Source: a virus
IMG/VR virus record: IMGVR_UViG_3300008050_000019
Length of the DNA stretch: 24,883 nucleotides
Direction: 5' to 3' (one strand)
A program made the position numbers and the translations under genes. A model generated the notes under the pieces. It was not told the DNA's origin and did not search any database. It saw only the letters and a program-made list of their open reading frames with translations. Within the stretch, counting starts at the first letter, position 1, and each line of letters starts with the position of its first letter. Positions 15,624 through 23,513 of this stretch are shown piece after piece.

Positions 15624-17246
15624 TTATCTCATTTTGTCTTTTACTTTTTTGAGTACTGTGGCCCTGTCTTGCCTGTACTTCTCCTTGTTTTTTAATGTTT
15701 TGCTAGCTCTTAATTCAAGCTGTGATCGTGGAAATTCTGTTGTCCACCGTTTTAGGATGTCATCTGGAGTATCTCTTTTGCCAGCCAGCGTCATTTGAAT
15801 CATGGAGTCTTTACTAGCGTCTGCTTTATCAGCTAAAACACGTATAACATCAGGTGTTAAACTTAGATTATATACTACGCTCATTCTCACTTCCCTAGAA
15901 TGATCACCTGCTAAAGCGAGAAGTATAGATTCAGATGCTAAATTATTTGCTGCTACTTTTCTTCTAACAAGCTCTGATGAATCACTTGCTAAAGTGTTAA
16001 GTATCTCTAAAGAGACTTTCTGATTACTTGCAGTCGTGGCTCTAACTATTTCATCTTCAGCCGTCGAAAGGCTTTCCAGCACGTCAATAGGCGTGTTGAT
16101 ATTTATTGCGAGATGATCTTTTACATAAGTGTTATCAGATGATAACGCACGAAGAGTAGATTGCCCCGTCCGATGATTAAGCGCGACCATGGCTCGGACG
16201 TCGTCCGAATCATCATTTTTAAGCATATCGAGTACCTCAGGAGAAGCATTCCAGCTATCTGCTACGGCCCGTCTAACTTCTTCGTCTGTAGAACTAGCAG
16301 CTTTAACAAGACGCTCATGTGAAGATACTTTAACGTAATCGGTGACTTCTGGCGAAAACTTATACTCTTTCTTGCCCTCTAATGTATCAAGCAGATCAAA
16401 AAATGCATCATATCGAAGCCCGCTGGTAAACTTTTTGAACCTTGGAACAGACGTAATCGCTTTCTTAACGTCTCTTAAAGCAGGATGCTCATGATTCTTT
16501 TTTGTATGATTTTTAATCGCAGTACTAATCTCATCCCAATCGTCACCAAAAGCATCATAAAATTTAAACTTCTTATTGTTATGATCAACTGTTGTTTCAT
16601 TCGGCGCGGATGGTTGAATAACTCCGCCCTTAACGCCAATTGACCACTTCTTCTTCGTATTGTGTTTATCAATTACATAGAAAAGAATTGTATTGTTTAA
16701 AATGTAACTATAAAATAGATTCTCGCCCTTTGTTCTTGCAGTACACCAAACCGTACCACGTCCAATAGAGCATGATGCGTCAACACTTCTTGGCATAAAT
16801 ACAACAAAGTCCTCGGATTCATAAATGTTATCCGCGTCCTTGGCTGCAGCATCATGATCTATCTTAGAGTCTCCAGGAAGCTCTTCAAGCTTCCGGTGGA
16901 GATCGCCAGGTGTCTTATAATTGTTAATATCAGCGTCTTTACCTTTAAGTTTCTGCTTGTTTTTAGCCTTATCAAATGAAATAATGAGAGGTGAAATGTC
17001 TCTGAGAGGTTCATTATTTGAACGTGAAACACGTTCAAGCCACATAAGATATTGCTTTAATTTAGCTTGAGGAAGAACTTGAAGTTTTCCGAAGACTTCA
17101 TCCCATTCTTCTGGAGCCCTGTTAGACTTTTCTTTGATATCATCAATGGTACCCTCACTAAGAAGCTTAATTGCATATTCTAAAAGTTTGTTTTCGCTAG
17201 AGGCACCAGAGATCATCTCTCTAAGTTCAGAAATTTTGACAAGCAT
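15624..17246 (-). CDS. Leucine-rich-repeat-variant (LRV)/HEAT-like repeat protein (540 aa). Its N-terminal ~85-aa domain is duplicated at 24361..24690.
   Basis: C-terminal ~23-aa repeats of the form D...VR..VA.N......L..LA.D. N-terminus MLVKISELRE...EEWDEVFGKLQVLPQAKLKQYLMWLERVSRSNNEPLRD is ~70% identical to the upstream fragment. Confidence 0.6.
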   Translation of the reverse strand: MLVKISELREMISGASSENKLLEYAIKLLSEGTIDDIKEKSNRAPEEWDEVFGKLQVLPQAKLKQYLMWLERVSRSNNEPLRDISPLIISFDKAKNKQKLKGKDADINNYKTPGDLHRKLEELPGDSKIDHDAAAKDADNIYESEDFVVFMPRSVDASCSIGRGTVWCTARTKGENLFYSYILNNTILFYVIDKHNTKKKWSIGVKGGVIQPSAPNETTVDHNNKKFKFYDAFGDDWDEISTAIKNHTKKNHEHPALRDVKKAITSVPRFKKFTSGLRYDAFFDLLDTLEGKKEYKFSPEVTDYVKVSSHERLVKAASSTDEEVRRAVADSWNASPEVLDMLKNDDSDDVRAMVALNHRTGQSTLRALSSDNTYVKDHLAININTPIDVLESLSTAEDEIVRATTASNQKVSLEILNTLASDSSELVRRKVAANNLASESILLALAGDHSREVRMSVVYNLSLTPDVIRVLADKADASKDSMIQMTLAGKRDTPDDILKRWTTEFPRSQLELRASKTLKNKEKYRQDRATVLKKVKDKMR

Positions 17247-17273
17247 TTTAATATAAATATAGACTAAATGCTA

Positions 17274-18329
17274 TTATGACAGTTCTGTCATTGACTTAAT
17301 TTTCCAAATTGTCGTAGCAAAACCAAAATCACTTTTATCAATTTCACCCATGTATGCCGTATTAAGCTCTGGCATCGGATGCTTATCAGGATGCCATCCC
17401 CAGCAATAACATCTGTGTTTTTTGCCAGTTGGTCCCATGATATTAAGCAACAAATAAGGCTTCTTCGTCTTTGTTACTTTTTTAATAGCTTCATCTAAAA
17501 TAAACCAGTGCAGCCCTTTCTTCTTATAGTCATCGATAGTAGGAACGCCGATTTTATCTAACCTTGTTCTGACTTTATCTGAAATTATTAGACTGAGATC
17601 GGTTGACCCAACAAGCTCCTTCAGTTGTCTAATCCATGTAGGCTTATCCCACTCAACAACACCTTGAGACTCTTGTAGGCGACGTTCAAAAACATCACGC
17701 CCTTTCTTTACAGATTTAAGCTTGTGAAGCTGTAAATCAGAATCTTCATAGTCATTGCCCGTCAACACATCAAACATCTGATGATAGTTAGAAAATGTCT
17801 TTCCTTCGCCCACAATACCTGTCGAGTCAAATGCACCTATCTGGATCAGATGTTGCATGGCGCGTTTGTTAAATTTTGAATGTTTCCAGCTTCCGTCTTC
17901 ATTCCATAACAAATCATGAACAGAGTTATAGGGCCTGTTTTCTATAATTTCGTCAACAGCCGCTTCACCCACTGCCTTCACAGTCAAAAATGACGGCATG
18001 AACTTTTTGCCAGGCATTATAGTCCATTTTTTTGTTGCGTGGTTAATATCGACCTTCGTTATTTCATAGCCGAATGCACGTAGTTCACCAATTGCCTTCG
18101 ATCGCTTATCAGGATGGCTAGATTGAGTCTCCATATATGCACATAGCCACTCTGATTCAAAGTGCGTAAGAAGCCAGGCGCACATATACGAATCGATTGC
18201 GTAAGATACAGCATGTGAATTAGACGTTAACAATCCATTGGCAAGATAGAATTGATGATCTGGGTGGTCAACTTCAAGATCATATGCTTGATGTTTTCCG
18301 ATGGATTTAAATGATTTAATTTTAGGCAT
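17274..18329 (-). CDS. dnaE: DnaE-type (Pol III alpha) polymerase C-terminal fragment, preceded by a split-intein C-half (intein-C, 37 aa)
   Basis: N-term MPKIKSFKSIGKHQAYDLEVDHPDHQFYLANGLLTSN matches the Ssp DnaE-c [36 protein letters not shown] (blocks F/G; terminal Asn; +1 Ser). The following SHAVSYAIDSYMCAWL..GYEITKVDIN...VKAVGEAAVDEIIENR...IQIGAFD matches DnaE KSHAAAYALVSYQTAWLK...ILPPDIN...AIKGVGEGPIEAI...SGAFD. Confidence 0.8.
   Translation of the reverse strand: MPKIKSFKSIGKHQAYDLEVDHPDHQFYLANGLLTSNSHAVSYAIDSYMCAWLLTHFESEWLCAYMETQSSHPDKRSKAIGELRAFGYEITKVDINHATKKWTIMPGKKFMPSFLTVKAVGEAAVDEIIENRPYNSVHDLLWNEDGSWKHSKFNKRAMQHLIQIGAFDSTGIVGEGKTFSNYHQMFDVLTGNDYEDSDLQLHKLKSVKKGRDVFERRLQESQGVVEWDKPTWIRQLKELVGSTDLSLIISDKVRTRLDKIGVPTIDDYKKKGLHWFILDEAIKKVTKTKKPYLLLNIMGPTGKKHRCYCWGWHPDKHPMPELNTAYMGEIDKSDFGFATTIWKIKSMTELS
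18219..18329 (-). mobile_element. Split intein, C-terminal half (intein-C) of the DnaE intein
   Basis: See the parent CDS: block F DLEVDHPDHQFYLANG, terminal ..TSN, +1 Ser. Confidence 0.75.
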
Positions 18330-18720
18330 TGCGTTTCCAAATATCTCGAGCCCTTAGCTCAGTTTCTAAAAGCTTGAATTTCTTGTCATATTGGATATAT
18401 GAGTTTATGACATAGCCGCTTGATCCTGCGGCCATCACGTCATTAAGTAGTCCGGATAGCTTCTTTTCGCTCAAGTTGTCCAATTGAGCGCAAGCTGTTG
18501 CATAATTCATAGCGAACTCATGAAACTCAATTTCATTGTCAGGAAGATGAAATTCCCATTTTCGTAATGTAAAGATTATATTACGAATCTTACGTAGACG
18601 CTCTTGTTTACGATGGTCAGCAAATAAAGCTAACGCTAATCCAGAAATTGCTGGCACACCAATAAGCATAATAATATCCATTATTATAATATTAACGCAG
18701 GTATGAAAAAATATACACAT
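18322..18720 (-). CDS. Membrane protein (N-terminal TM segment IIMLIGVPAISGLALALFA plus cytoplasmic domain)
   Basis: ATG ORF overlapping the DnaE-C start by 8 nt. Hydrophobic N-terminus. Confidence 0.5.
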   Translation of the reverse strand: MCIFFHTCVNIIIMDIIMLIGVPAISGLALALFADHRKQERLRKIRNIIFTLRKWEFHLPDNEIEFHEFAMNYATACAQLDNLSEKKLSGLLNDVMAAGSSGYVINSYIQYDKKFKLLETELRARDIWKRNA

Positions 18721-19032
18721 TTATGAATCATACGTTTTATCAAATGCTGCCCAACGATCAGTCATAATAAGATAGATGCGGTATCGCTCTACTGTGTACT
18801 GCTGATTTTTTAAATAGTACATCACAGAAATCTCTGATTGGCCATCATAATATACTGCTGCGGGACCATCTTCCCTATGCAAGTTATCATACACGTAATA
18901 GAACTCTGATATTTTGTCACCGTTTCTTTCGAAAAACGTAGTTGCAGGGCCATCTACCCTATGCAAATCGTCTTGCTCATAATGCTTTAAACTGTATAAT
19001 GAGCCATCATACCAGTATTTTCTAATAATCAT
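18721..19032 (-). CDS. MORN-like repeat protein (HRxDGPA repeats), family member 1
   Basis: Repeats LHRVDGPATTFFERNG / LHREDGPAAVYYDGQ. C-terminal YRIYLIMTD...KTY motif shared with the family. Confidence 0.6.
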   Translation of the reverse strand: MIIRKYWYDGSLYSLKHYEQDDLHRVDGPATTFFERNGDKISEFYYVYDNLHREDGPAAVYYDGQSEISVMYYLKNQQYTVERYRIYLIMTDRWAAFDKTYDS

Positions 19033-19369
19033 AGGTTGACTCCAAACCTTTCATATTATCCATTACAAGGCAATAGATCCTGAAGTCAGATTCTGGCATC
19101 TCAACGTCCTGGATGCTATACCGCTTCTTAATTGGGCCACAAAGATCATACTCTATCATAGCTGGGCCATCTTCTCTGTGCAGTTGACCCTTTATATAAA
19201 AAGCAACAACCTCTATCTTACCGCCGAAATCATAGGTAACGTAGGCAGGTCCAGATAACCTATGATAAGTGCCGTCCTGGATCCATGCACATATTGAGGG
19301 TCGGTGATTATAATGTTTTACTATGTGAAGCTCGCTCATAAGTTCACCACTCTTAAAATAATGTATCAT
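19022..19369 (-). CDS. MORN-like repeat protein, family member 2
   Basis: YHRLSGPAYVTYDFGGK / LHREDGPAMIEYD. C-terminal DFRIYCLVMDNMKGLESTYDY. Confidence 0.6.
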   Translation of the reverse strand: MIHYFKSGELMSELHIVKHYNHRPSICAWIQDGTYHRLSGPAYVTYDFGGKIEVVAFYIKGQLHREDGPAMIEYDLCGPIKKRYSIQDVEMPESDFRIYCLVMDNMKGLESTYDY

Positions 19370-19400
19370 GCTATGAATTTCACCTTTATCATGATAAAGA

Positions 19401-19430
19401 ATATTAGGGCTCTGTGCCGCATATTGATAA
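19401..19430 (-). promoter_or_regulatory. Candidate sigma70-like promoter for 19022..19369: TTATCA-N18-TAATAT (minus strand), followed by an AGGTGA RBS
   Basis: Minus-strand reading of the 182-nt intergenic region: ttatcaatatgcggcacagagccctaatattc...aaaggtgaaattcatagcATG. Confidence 0.3.
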
Positions 19431-19460
19431 TATCACATTCTAACCGCTGATATCAATTGC

Positions 19461-19482
19461 GCATACGCAAGCATACGCAAGC
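19461..19482. repeat. Tandem direct repeat (gcatacgcaa)x2 in the largest intergenic region
   Basis: gcatacgcaagcatacgcaagc read directly. Confidence 0.6.
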
Positions 19483-19551
19483 TCTTTTCTAGTATATTTT
19501 AATAGGTATAGCATATGGTTACCATAGAAAATAATCTGCGTTCTAGAAATG

Positions 19552-19857
19552 CTAGCGCTCTAACCAAGATTTTGCATAGGAGAGATACTCAGCATCTTTC
19601 TTGATTCTTTTCTCTGTTATATAAATGCTATACGCAGAAGCAAGTGATATGTTCTTCCACATTTTAAATGTGGTACCTGTGTGTGTATTTGTATAGCTTT
19701 TACGTGACCATAAATTGTAGAATGGTGATGTACAAAAAAACCCTGCTTCTTTGATTTTGCGGATGGCATGGTACTTTTTTATTAAGTATGATGTTGTGAT
19801 GATAGCGGTACCTACACATACTACCACCACACAAGAAGCTATTATTGGATCAATCAT
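19552..19857 (-). CDS. Membrane protein (101 aa, N-terminal TM segment)
   Basis: MIDPIIASCVVVVCVGTAIITTSYLI hydrophobic N-terminus. Confidence 0.5.
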   Translation of the reverse strand: MIDPIIASCVVVVCVGTAIITTSYLIKKYHAIRKIKEAGFFCTSPFYNLWSRKSYTNTHTGTTFKMWKNISLASAYSIYITEKRIKKDAEYLSYAKSWLER

Positions 19858-19963
19858 TATTCTCTCTTACTCTTTTTTCCCACTCTTCTACCGGGTTAGG
19901 GATAACTGCTGCGAATATAAACGCCCCAATCAGTAAAAGTGTTATTAATGTAAATCTAAACAT
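19850..19963 (-). CDS. Small single-pass membrane peptide (37 aa), not in the ORF track: MFRFTLITLLLIGAFIFAAVIPNPVEEWEKRVRENND
   Basis: ATG at 19963. Its TGA stop overlaps the ATG of 19552..19857 (ATGATTGA). It fills the gap between flanking genes. Confidence 0.35.
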   Translation of the reverse strand: MFRFTLITLLLIGAFIFAAVIPNPVEEWEKRVRENND

Positions 19964-20225
19964 ATGAATCCTCTAACCCTTTAAAATTTCCAACCATGAG
20001 ACAATGTAAGCGAAACTCATATGGCGACAAAGCATGCCCGCGGTAATAGTAACCAATGTCTCCAAGTGCTCCATTAAAATGAAATATTTTAACTGCCGGT
20101 CCATCTTCTCTGTGTATGATACCATCTATCATATAAGTATGAGAATACACAGGGCCAAAGTCCCTGTTCACAGGTGTGGTATTCCAATAATTGATAGTTA
20201 ACGTCTTCACAAATGTGTTATCCAT
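19956..20225 (-). CDS. MORN-like repeat protein, family member 3. Start at ATG 20225 (the track ORF begins at an upstream GTG).
   Basis: MDNTFVKTLTINYWN N-terminus parallels MLNTFTRTLTINYWH of member 4. IHREDGPAVKIFHFNG. C-terminal EFRLHCLMVGNFKGLEDSY. GGGTGG RBS 7 nt upstream. Confidence 0.6.
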   Translation of the reverse strand: MDNTFVKTLTINYWNTTPVNRDFGPVYSHTYMIDGIIHREDGPAVKIFHFNGALGDIGYYYRGHALSPYEFRLHCLMVGNFKGLEDSYV

Positions 20226-20285
20226 ATGTACCACCCATTATAAATTATAATACTATTAATTTCATTTTATCACATATTAGTAAAT

Positions 20286-20639
20286 TCATGTATATGTTTC
20301 ATATAAACCTTCTTCCCATGAATTTACTAAGCATAAAATTCTATAGGTTTTTTTTGATATTCTATGGCCGTTGATATAATATACCTTACTTGCAGGTAAC
20401 ACATTACCGCTAAGATCAAAAGTAAGTGAAGCGGGGCCACATTCGTTATGAAGGCCGCCGTGCCTATAAAATTTTTCTTGATGAACAGCCCCGGTAGTAT
20501 AATAACTGACTTGGGCAGGACCTGTAGTACGATGTATGATTGCATCAAGCCAATACTCTTTGGTGCAAACTTTGTTAAAGTTTCTGGAGTGGGGATGCCA
20601 GTAATTTATTGTTAATGTGCGTGTAAATGTGTTTAGCAT
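20286..20639 (-). CDS. MORN-like repeat protein, family member 4
   Basis: IHRTTGPAQVSYYTTG / HNECGPASLTFDLSGN. C-terminal YRILCLVNSWEEGLYETY. Confidence 0.6.
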   Translation of the reverse strand: MLNTFTRTLTINYWHPHSRNFNKVCTKEYWLDAIIHRTTGPAQVSYYTTGAVHQEKFYRHGGLHNECGPASLTFDLSGNVLPASKVYYINGHRISKKTYRILCLVNSWEEGLYETYT

Positions 20640-20851
20640 GGCACATCACAAATAAGAATATCGGAATTAATCGTACTCGAAGAAACAATGTACTTATCAA
20701 TTTTATTTTGTGTAACACTCCAAACTACAACATCTCCAAGTGAATGTGGGTCCCTGAGATCATTGTTGGATAAGAAGCTCAGAGGAATGTAGTATTCTTT
20801 GAGGAACGTTTCGTAAATAAGCTGGCCAATTTTAAATTCTGATACTAACAT
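20633..20851 (-). CDS. Small paralog family protein 1 of 6 (MLxSEFKIGQLIYD...YYIPL N-terminus)
   Basis: MLVSEFKIGQLIYETFLKEYYIPLSF. Confidence 0.55.
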   Translation of the reverse strand: MLVSEFKIGQLIYETFLKEYYIPLSFLSNNDLRDPHSLGDVVVWSVTQNKIDKYIVSSSTINSDILICDVPC

Positions 20852-20872
20852 AATGCCTCACAAATGATAACA

Positions 20873-21061
20873 TCATTCCTTACAGATAGATTGTTGATTT
20901 CGTATATCAGTTGCCTGAGCGTTTACGACCCAAACTGTCACAGTGTATGACTCTATGAAGTGGGTCATAAGCAGTGATGGCTTAAAAGTCAGAGGAATGT
21001 AGTAGGAATCATCGGGTTTGTCATAAATAAGCTGTCCAACTTTAAGTTCTGATGTTAACAT
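20873..21061 (-). CDS. Small paralog family protein 2 of 6
   Basis: MLTSELKVGQLIYDKPDDSYYIPLTF. Confidence 0.55.
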   Translation of the reverse strand: MLTSELKVGQLIYDKPDDSYYIPLTFKPSLLMTHFIESYTVTVWVVNAQATDIRNQQSICKE

Positions 21062-21267
21062 AATGTCTCACAAACTACATAATCTCTTTCAACAACGTGG
21101 TCCGCTATATTATAGTGTTCAGTGCGGAACCTTGTGATATTAAATACCACCACCTCAAAAACAGGTCCGTGGGGCAGGCTGATTGGTTTGATCTCCACTG
21201 GAACGTAATAAAACTTGCCGATTGAATCATAAATGAGCTGCCCGATCTTGAATTCTGATGCTAGCAT
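21055..21267 (-). CDS. Small paralog family protein 3 of 6 (start at the ATG; the track begins at an upstream TTG)
   Basis: MLASEFKIGQLIYDSIGKFYYVPVEI. Confidence 0.55.
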   Translation of the reverse strand: MLASEFKIGQLIYDSIGKFYYVPVEIKPISLPHGPVFEVVVFNITRFRTEHYNIADHVVERDYVVCETLC

Positions 21268-21482
21268 GTTGCACCGCAAATCACTTGATCATCTTCGACA
21301 GCAACTGGCGTTATATAATAACTTTCAATACTAAGATTTGTAACATTTAATACTGTCGCGCTAAAAGATTCTATGTAGTGTGTAACACACTCAGCCCTGT
21401 CGCCAATAAATAACGGAATATAATAGCATTCATTATACCCGTCATAAATAAGCTGCCCGATCTTGAATTCTGCTACTAGCAT
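21261..21482 (-). CDS. Small paralog family protein 4 of 6
   Basis: MLVAEFKIGQLIYDGYNECYYIPLFI. Confidence 0.55.
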   Translation of the reverse strand: MLVAEFKIGQLIYDGYNECYYIPLFIGDRAECVTHYIESFSATVLNVTNLSIESYYITPVAVEDDQVICGATC

Positions 21483-21709
21483 TAGGATGCCACTCTTAGT
21501 TCTGCTATGACAGTGTCATGTTTTAGCGTTACGTTAGTCATCGTGTAGGTTTGTGCGCCATTTTCCAAAGTTTTTATGGGACTCCGAAATACCCATACAC
21601 TCGCAACAAAAAAGCCCATATCATCGTAATAAGTCTCCAGCGGAATGTAGAAACATTTAAGAGCCCTATCGTAGATAAGCTGTCCAATGTTAAGTTCAGA
21701 TGTTAACAT
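21482..21709 (-). CDS. Small paralog family protein 5 of 6
   Basis: MLTSELNIGQLIYDRALKCFYIPLET. Shares the C-terminal DTVIAEL with member 6. Confidence 0.55.
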   Translation of the reverse strand: MLTSELNIGQLIYDRALKCFYIPLETYYDDMGFFVASVWVFRSPIKTLENGAQTYTMTNVTLKHDTVIAELRVAS

Positions 21710-21921
21710 TATATTACTACTAACTCCGCTATGACAGTGTCATTTCTTAATGATAGGTTAGTTATATTAAATATTACCGCCCTATTATCTGCAATTCTCC
21801 ATGCTGTTACAACATAGGCTGTCTCAGAGGAGTTAGTAGTATCAACTGATATAGGAATATAACAAAACTTGTGGACGCGATCATAGATAAGCTGATGGAC
21901 TTTGAATTCAGATAGCAGCAT
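21709..21921 (-). CDS. Small paralog family protein 6 of 6 (start at the ATG; the track begins at an upstream TTG)
   Basis: MLLSEFKVHQLIYDRVHKFCYIPISV...NDTVIAELVVI. Confidence 0.55.
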   Translation of the reverse strand: MLLSEFKVHQLIYDRVHKFCYIPISVDTTNSSETAYVVTAWRIADNRAVIFNITNLSLRNDTVIAELVVI

Positions 21922-21995
21922 ATTATTAAATGGCCTATTCAATTATAGGACATCTAATTTCATTTTAGCACGCTGTATAAAAATAATATAACTTA

Positions 21996-22235
21996 TCATT
22001 TTTTTCGTGTCCAATATCTATACGCACCAGGAAACGTAAGTATCATTCCAGCTACACTTAGTATAATCGATGCTATAATCAGTGCAATGAATAGCTCAGC
22101 TGTCATCGAGGGGCTCATTACTGATGTTCCGGCTACGCAGAACCCGCTTACATAAAAACCTGATGATGTCTGTGGTCGCTGCCACGATAGCCACACATAT
22201 CCATGCGAACGTAACAAGCATAGAAAGTGCGACAA
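21996..22235 (-). CDS. Small membrane protein. The track start is TTG at 22235. An alternative ATG at 22118 gives a 40-aa peptide MSPSMTAELFIALIIASIILSVAGMILTF...
   Basis: Hydrophobic TM segment. The start is ambiguous because the first in-frame ATG is at codon 40. Confidence 0.35.
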   Translation of the reverse strand: MSHFLCLLRSHGYVWLSWQRPQTSSGFYVSGFCVAGTSVMSPSMTAELFIALIIASIILSVAGMILTFPGAYRYWTRKK

Positions 22236-22252
22236 ATATTGCTAAAATCCCT

Positions 22253-22498
22253 TTAAGCATGGTTAACCTCGGTTTGCTCTATGTGATCAATAACATCATT
22301 AACGTGAACAAATTTTTTATCAAACTTTTCATGTGAATAATATTCCCCGTGATGCATATTAGCTGGATTCCACGCCCATCCGGCACGCTTAATCTTACGC
22401 TTTTTCATTTGAAGTGAATAGGCTGGCAAATTGCCTATGACGGTGACAACTCCTGTAATAGCAGCTATTGCACTTAATATTATACCTAATTCAACCAT
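22253..22498 (-). CDS. Small membrane protein (81 aa, N-terminal TM segment)
   Basis: MVELGIILSAIAAITGVVTVIGNLPAY. ATG start overlaps the upstream gene's end. Confidence 0.5.
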   Translation of the reverse strand: MVELGIILSAIAAITGVVTVIGNLPAYSLQMKKRKIKRAGWAWNPANMHHGEYYSHEKFDKKFVHVNDVIDHIEQTEVNHA

Positions 22499-23513
22499 TA
22501 TACATTTTCCCTATCCTTGTAACCCCAGGTTGTGGGTTTTTTAAACTTTCAAAGAGCTGTTCAAGACATTCTTTTTTAAATTCTTTTTTATTCCACTGAT
22601 CATACGAAATTCTAATTAACGTCCAGTTATGTTTCTCTATATGTTCATCGAGTAATTTATCCTTAAGCTGGATTTCGTCTAAATCTTGCGACTCAAATTT
22701 CTTTTGAAAATGTAAATCTCCATCAAATTCAAGATACACTCGAAGCTTGATATCACCGATGTCAACTTGTCTAAATTTAGACTTTGTAGGGAAAGTAACA
22801 CTTTTGACTCGCTGGCTGCGCTTAAAGCTATAACCCTCAATGCTGCTTACAATTTCGAATAAAGCAGTTTCTGGACGCGAAGTCCACCCGTTTATATATT
22901 TAACAACACACTTTTCATAAAACTCTTCCCAATTTTCTTCCCGCCACTTACGAAGCTGTTCTGTTCTTCTCTTTAAAATTTCTGGACGAGCAGATGTAAT
23001 CTTTGCTGTTTCCGATGATTTTTTTCTAAACTTCTCTGTTTTATTTAATGTGCCAAGAAGATCACTTCTACGCTGGCGTTCTTTATCATTTGACATAATA
23101 GAAGCAGAGACAGCTTTGCCCATTTTTTGTTTGTATTCTGACAAATCTGTACCAGCGTCATTTGCGCGCTGAATCCAGTCGCCATTCTTTTTATTTTGCT
23201 TGCTATAAGCATCAAATGAGCTGCTACATTTAACTGGCCCATGCTTTTCTATATACTCTGGTGCTGTCAAACCATGCTCCACCCTAATGTGGCGTGTTAG
23301 ACTCTTACATCTCCAACCGCATAATGCGCACATGACATATCCGACATTTAAAACAAGCTCTGAGTAGCATTCTACTTCATGAGCTTCTACAAGATCTGGA
23401 GTTCTTCCCCCCTTCCCACATTTCCCGCAACGATTTCTAGGTCGTTTTCTATTATTTTGTGCATTGGAAGCATTCTCCCGTCCATTACCCTGAATTTGTG
23501 ATCCATCGTGCAT
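22491..23513 (-). CDS. Candidate free-standing homing endonuclease: N-terminal Cys/His zinc-binding region plus C-terminal DUF559/Vsr-like (PD-(D/E)xK) nuclease domain
   Basis: CGKCGK...HEVEC...CALCGWRC zinc-finger-like N-terminus. C-terminal VDIGDIKLRVYLEFDGDLHFQ...DKLLDEHIEKHNWTLIRISYDQW resembles the DUF559/Vsr core (D...E.DG..H...D...L...GW.VIR). Its start overlaps the last 127 nt of the intein-N ORF. Confidence 0.5.
   Translation of the reverse strand: MHDGSQIQGNGRENASNAQNNRKRPRNRCGKCGKGGRTPDLVEAHEVECYSELVLNVGYVMCALCGWRCKSLTRHIRVEHGLTAPEYIEKHGPVKCSSSFDAYSKQNKKNGDWIQRANDAGTDLSEYKQKMGKAVSASIMSNDKERQRRSDLLGTLNKTEKFRKKSSETAKITSARPEILKRRTEQLRKWREENWEEFYEKCVVKYINGWTSRPETALFEIVSSIEGYSFKRSQRVKSVTFPTKSKFRQVDIGDIKLRVYLEFDGDLHFQKKFESQDLDEIQLKDKLLDEHIEKHNWTLIRISYDQWNKKEFKKECLEQLFESLKNPQPGVTRIGKMYNG

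Noticed and set aside
20327-20548. Nested minus-strand ORFs inside longer genes (20327..20548, 16475..16672, 7527..7718, 11870..12067, 14258..14542, 23045..23242)
   Set aside because: They are alternative frames of confidently assigned genes (MORN protein, LRV protein, kinase, SDR, methyltransferase, homing-endonuclease-like gene) with no independent support.
20633-21942. CRISPR-like array or other non-coding tandem repeat across the six-paralog region
   Set aside because: The recurring sequence is the conserved 5' coding end (atgct.gc.gaattcaagatcgg.cagct.atttatga) of six ORFs of unequal spacing. There are no regular repeat-spacer units and no cas genes.
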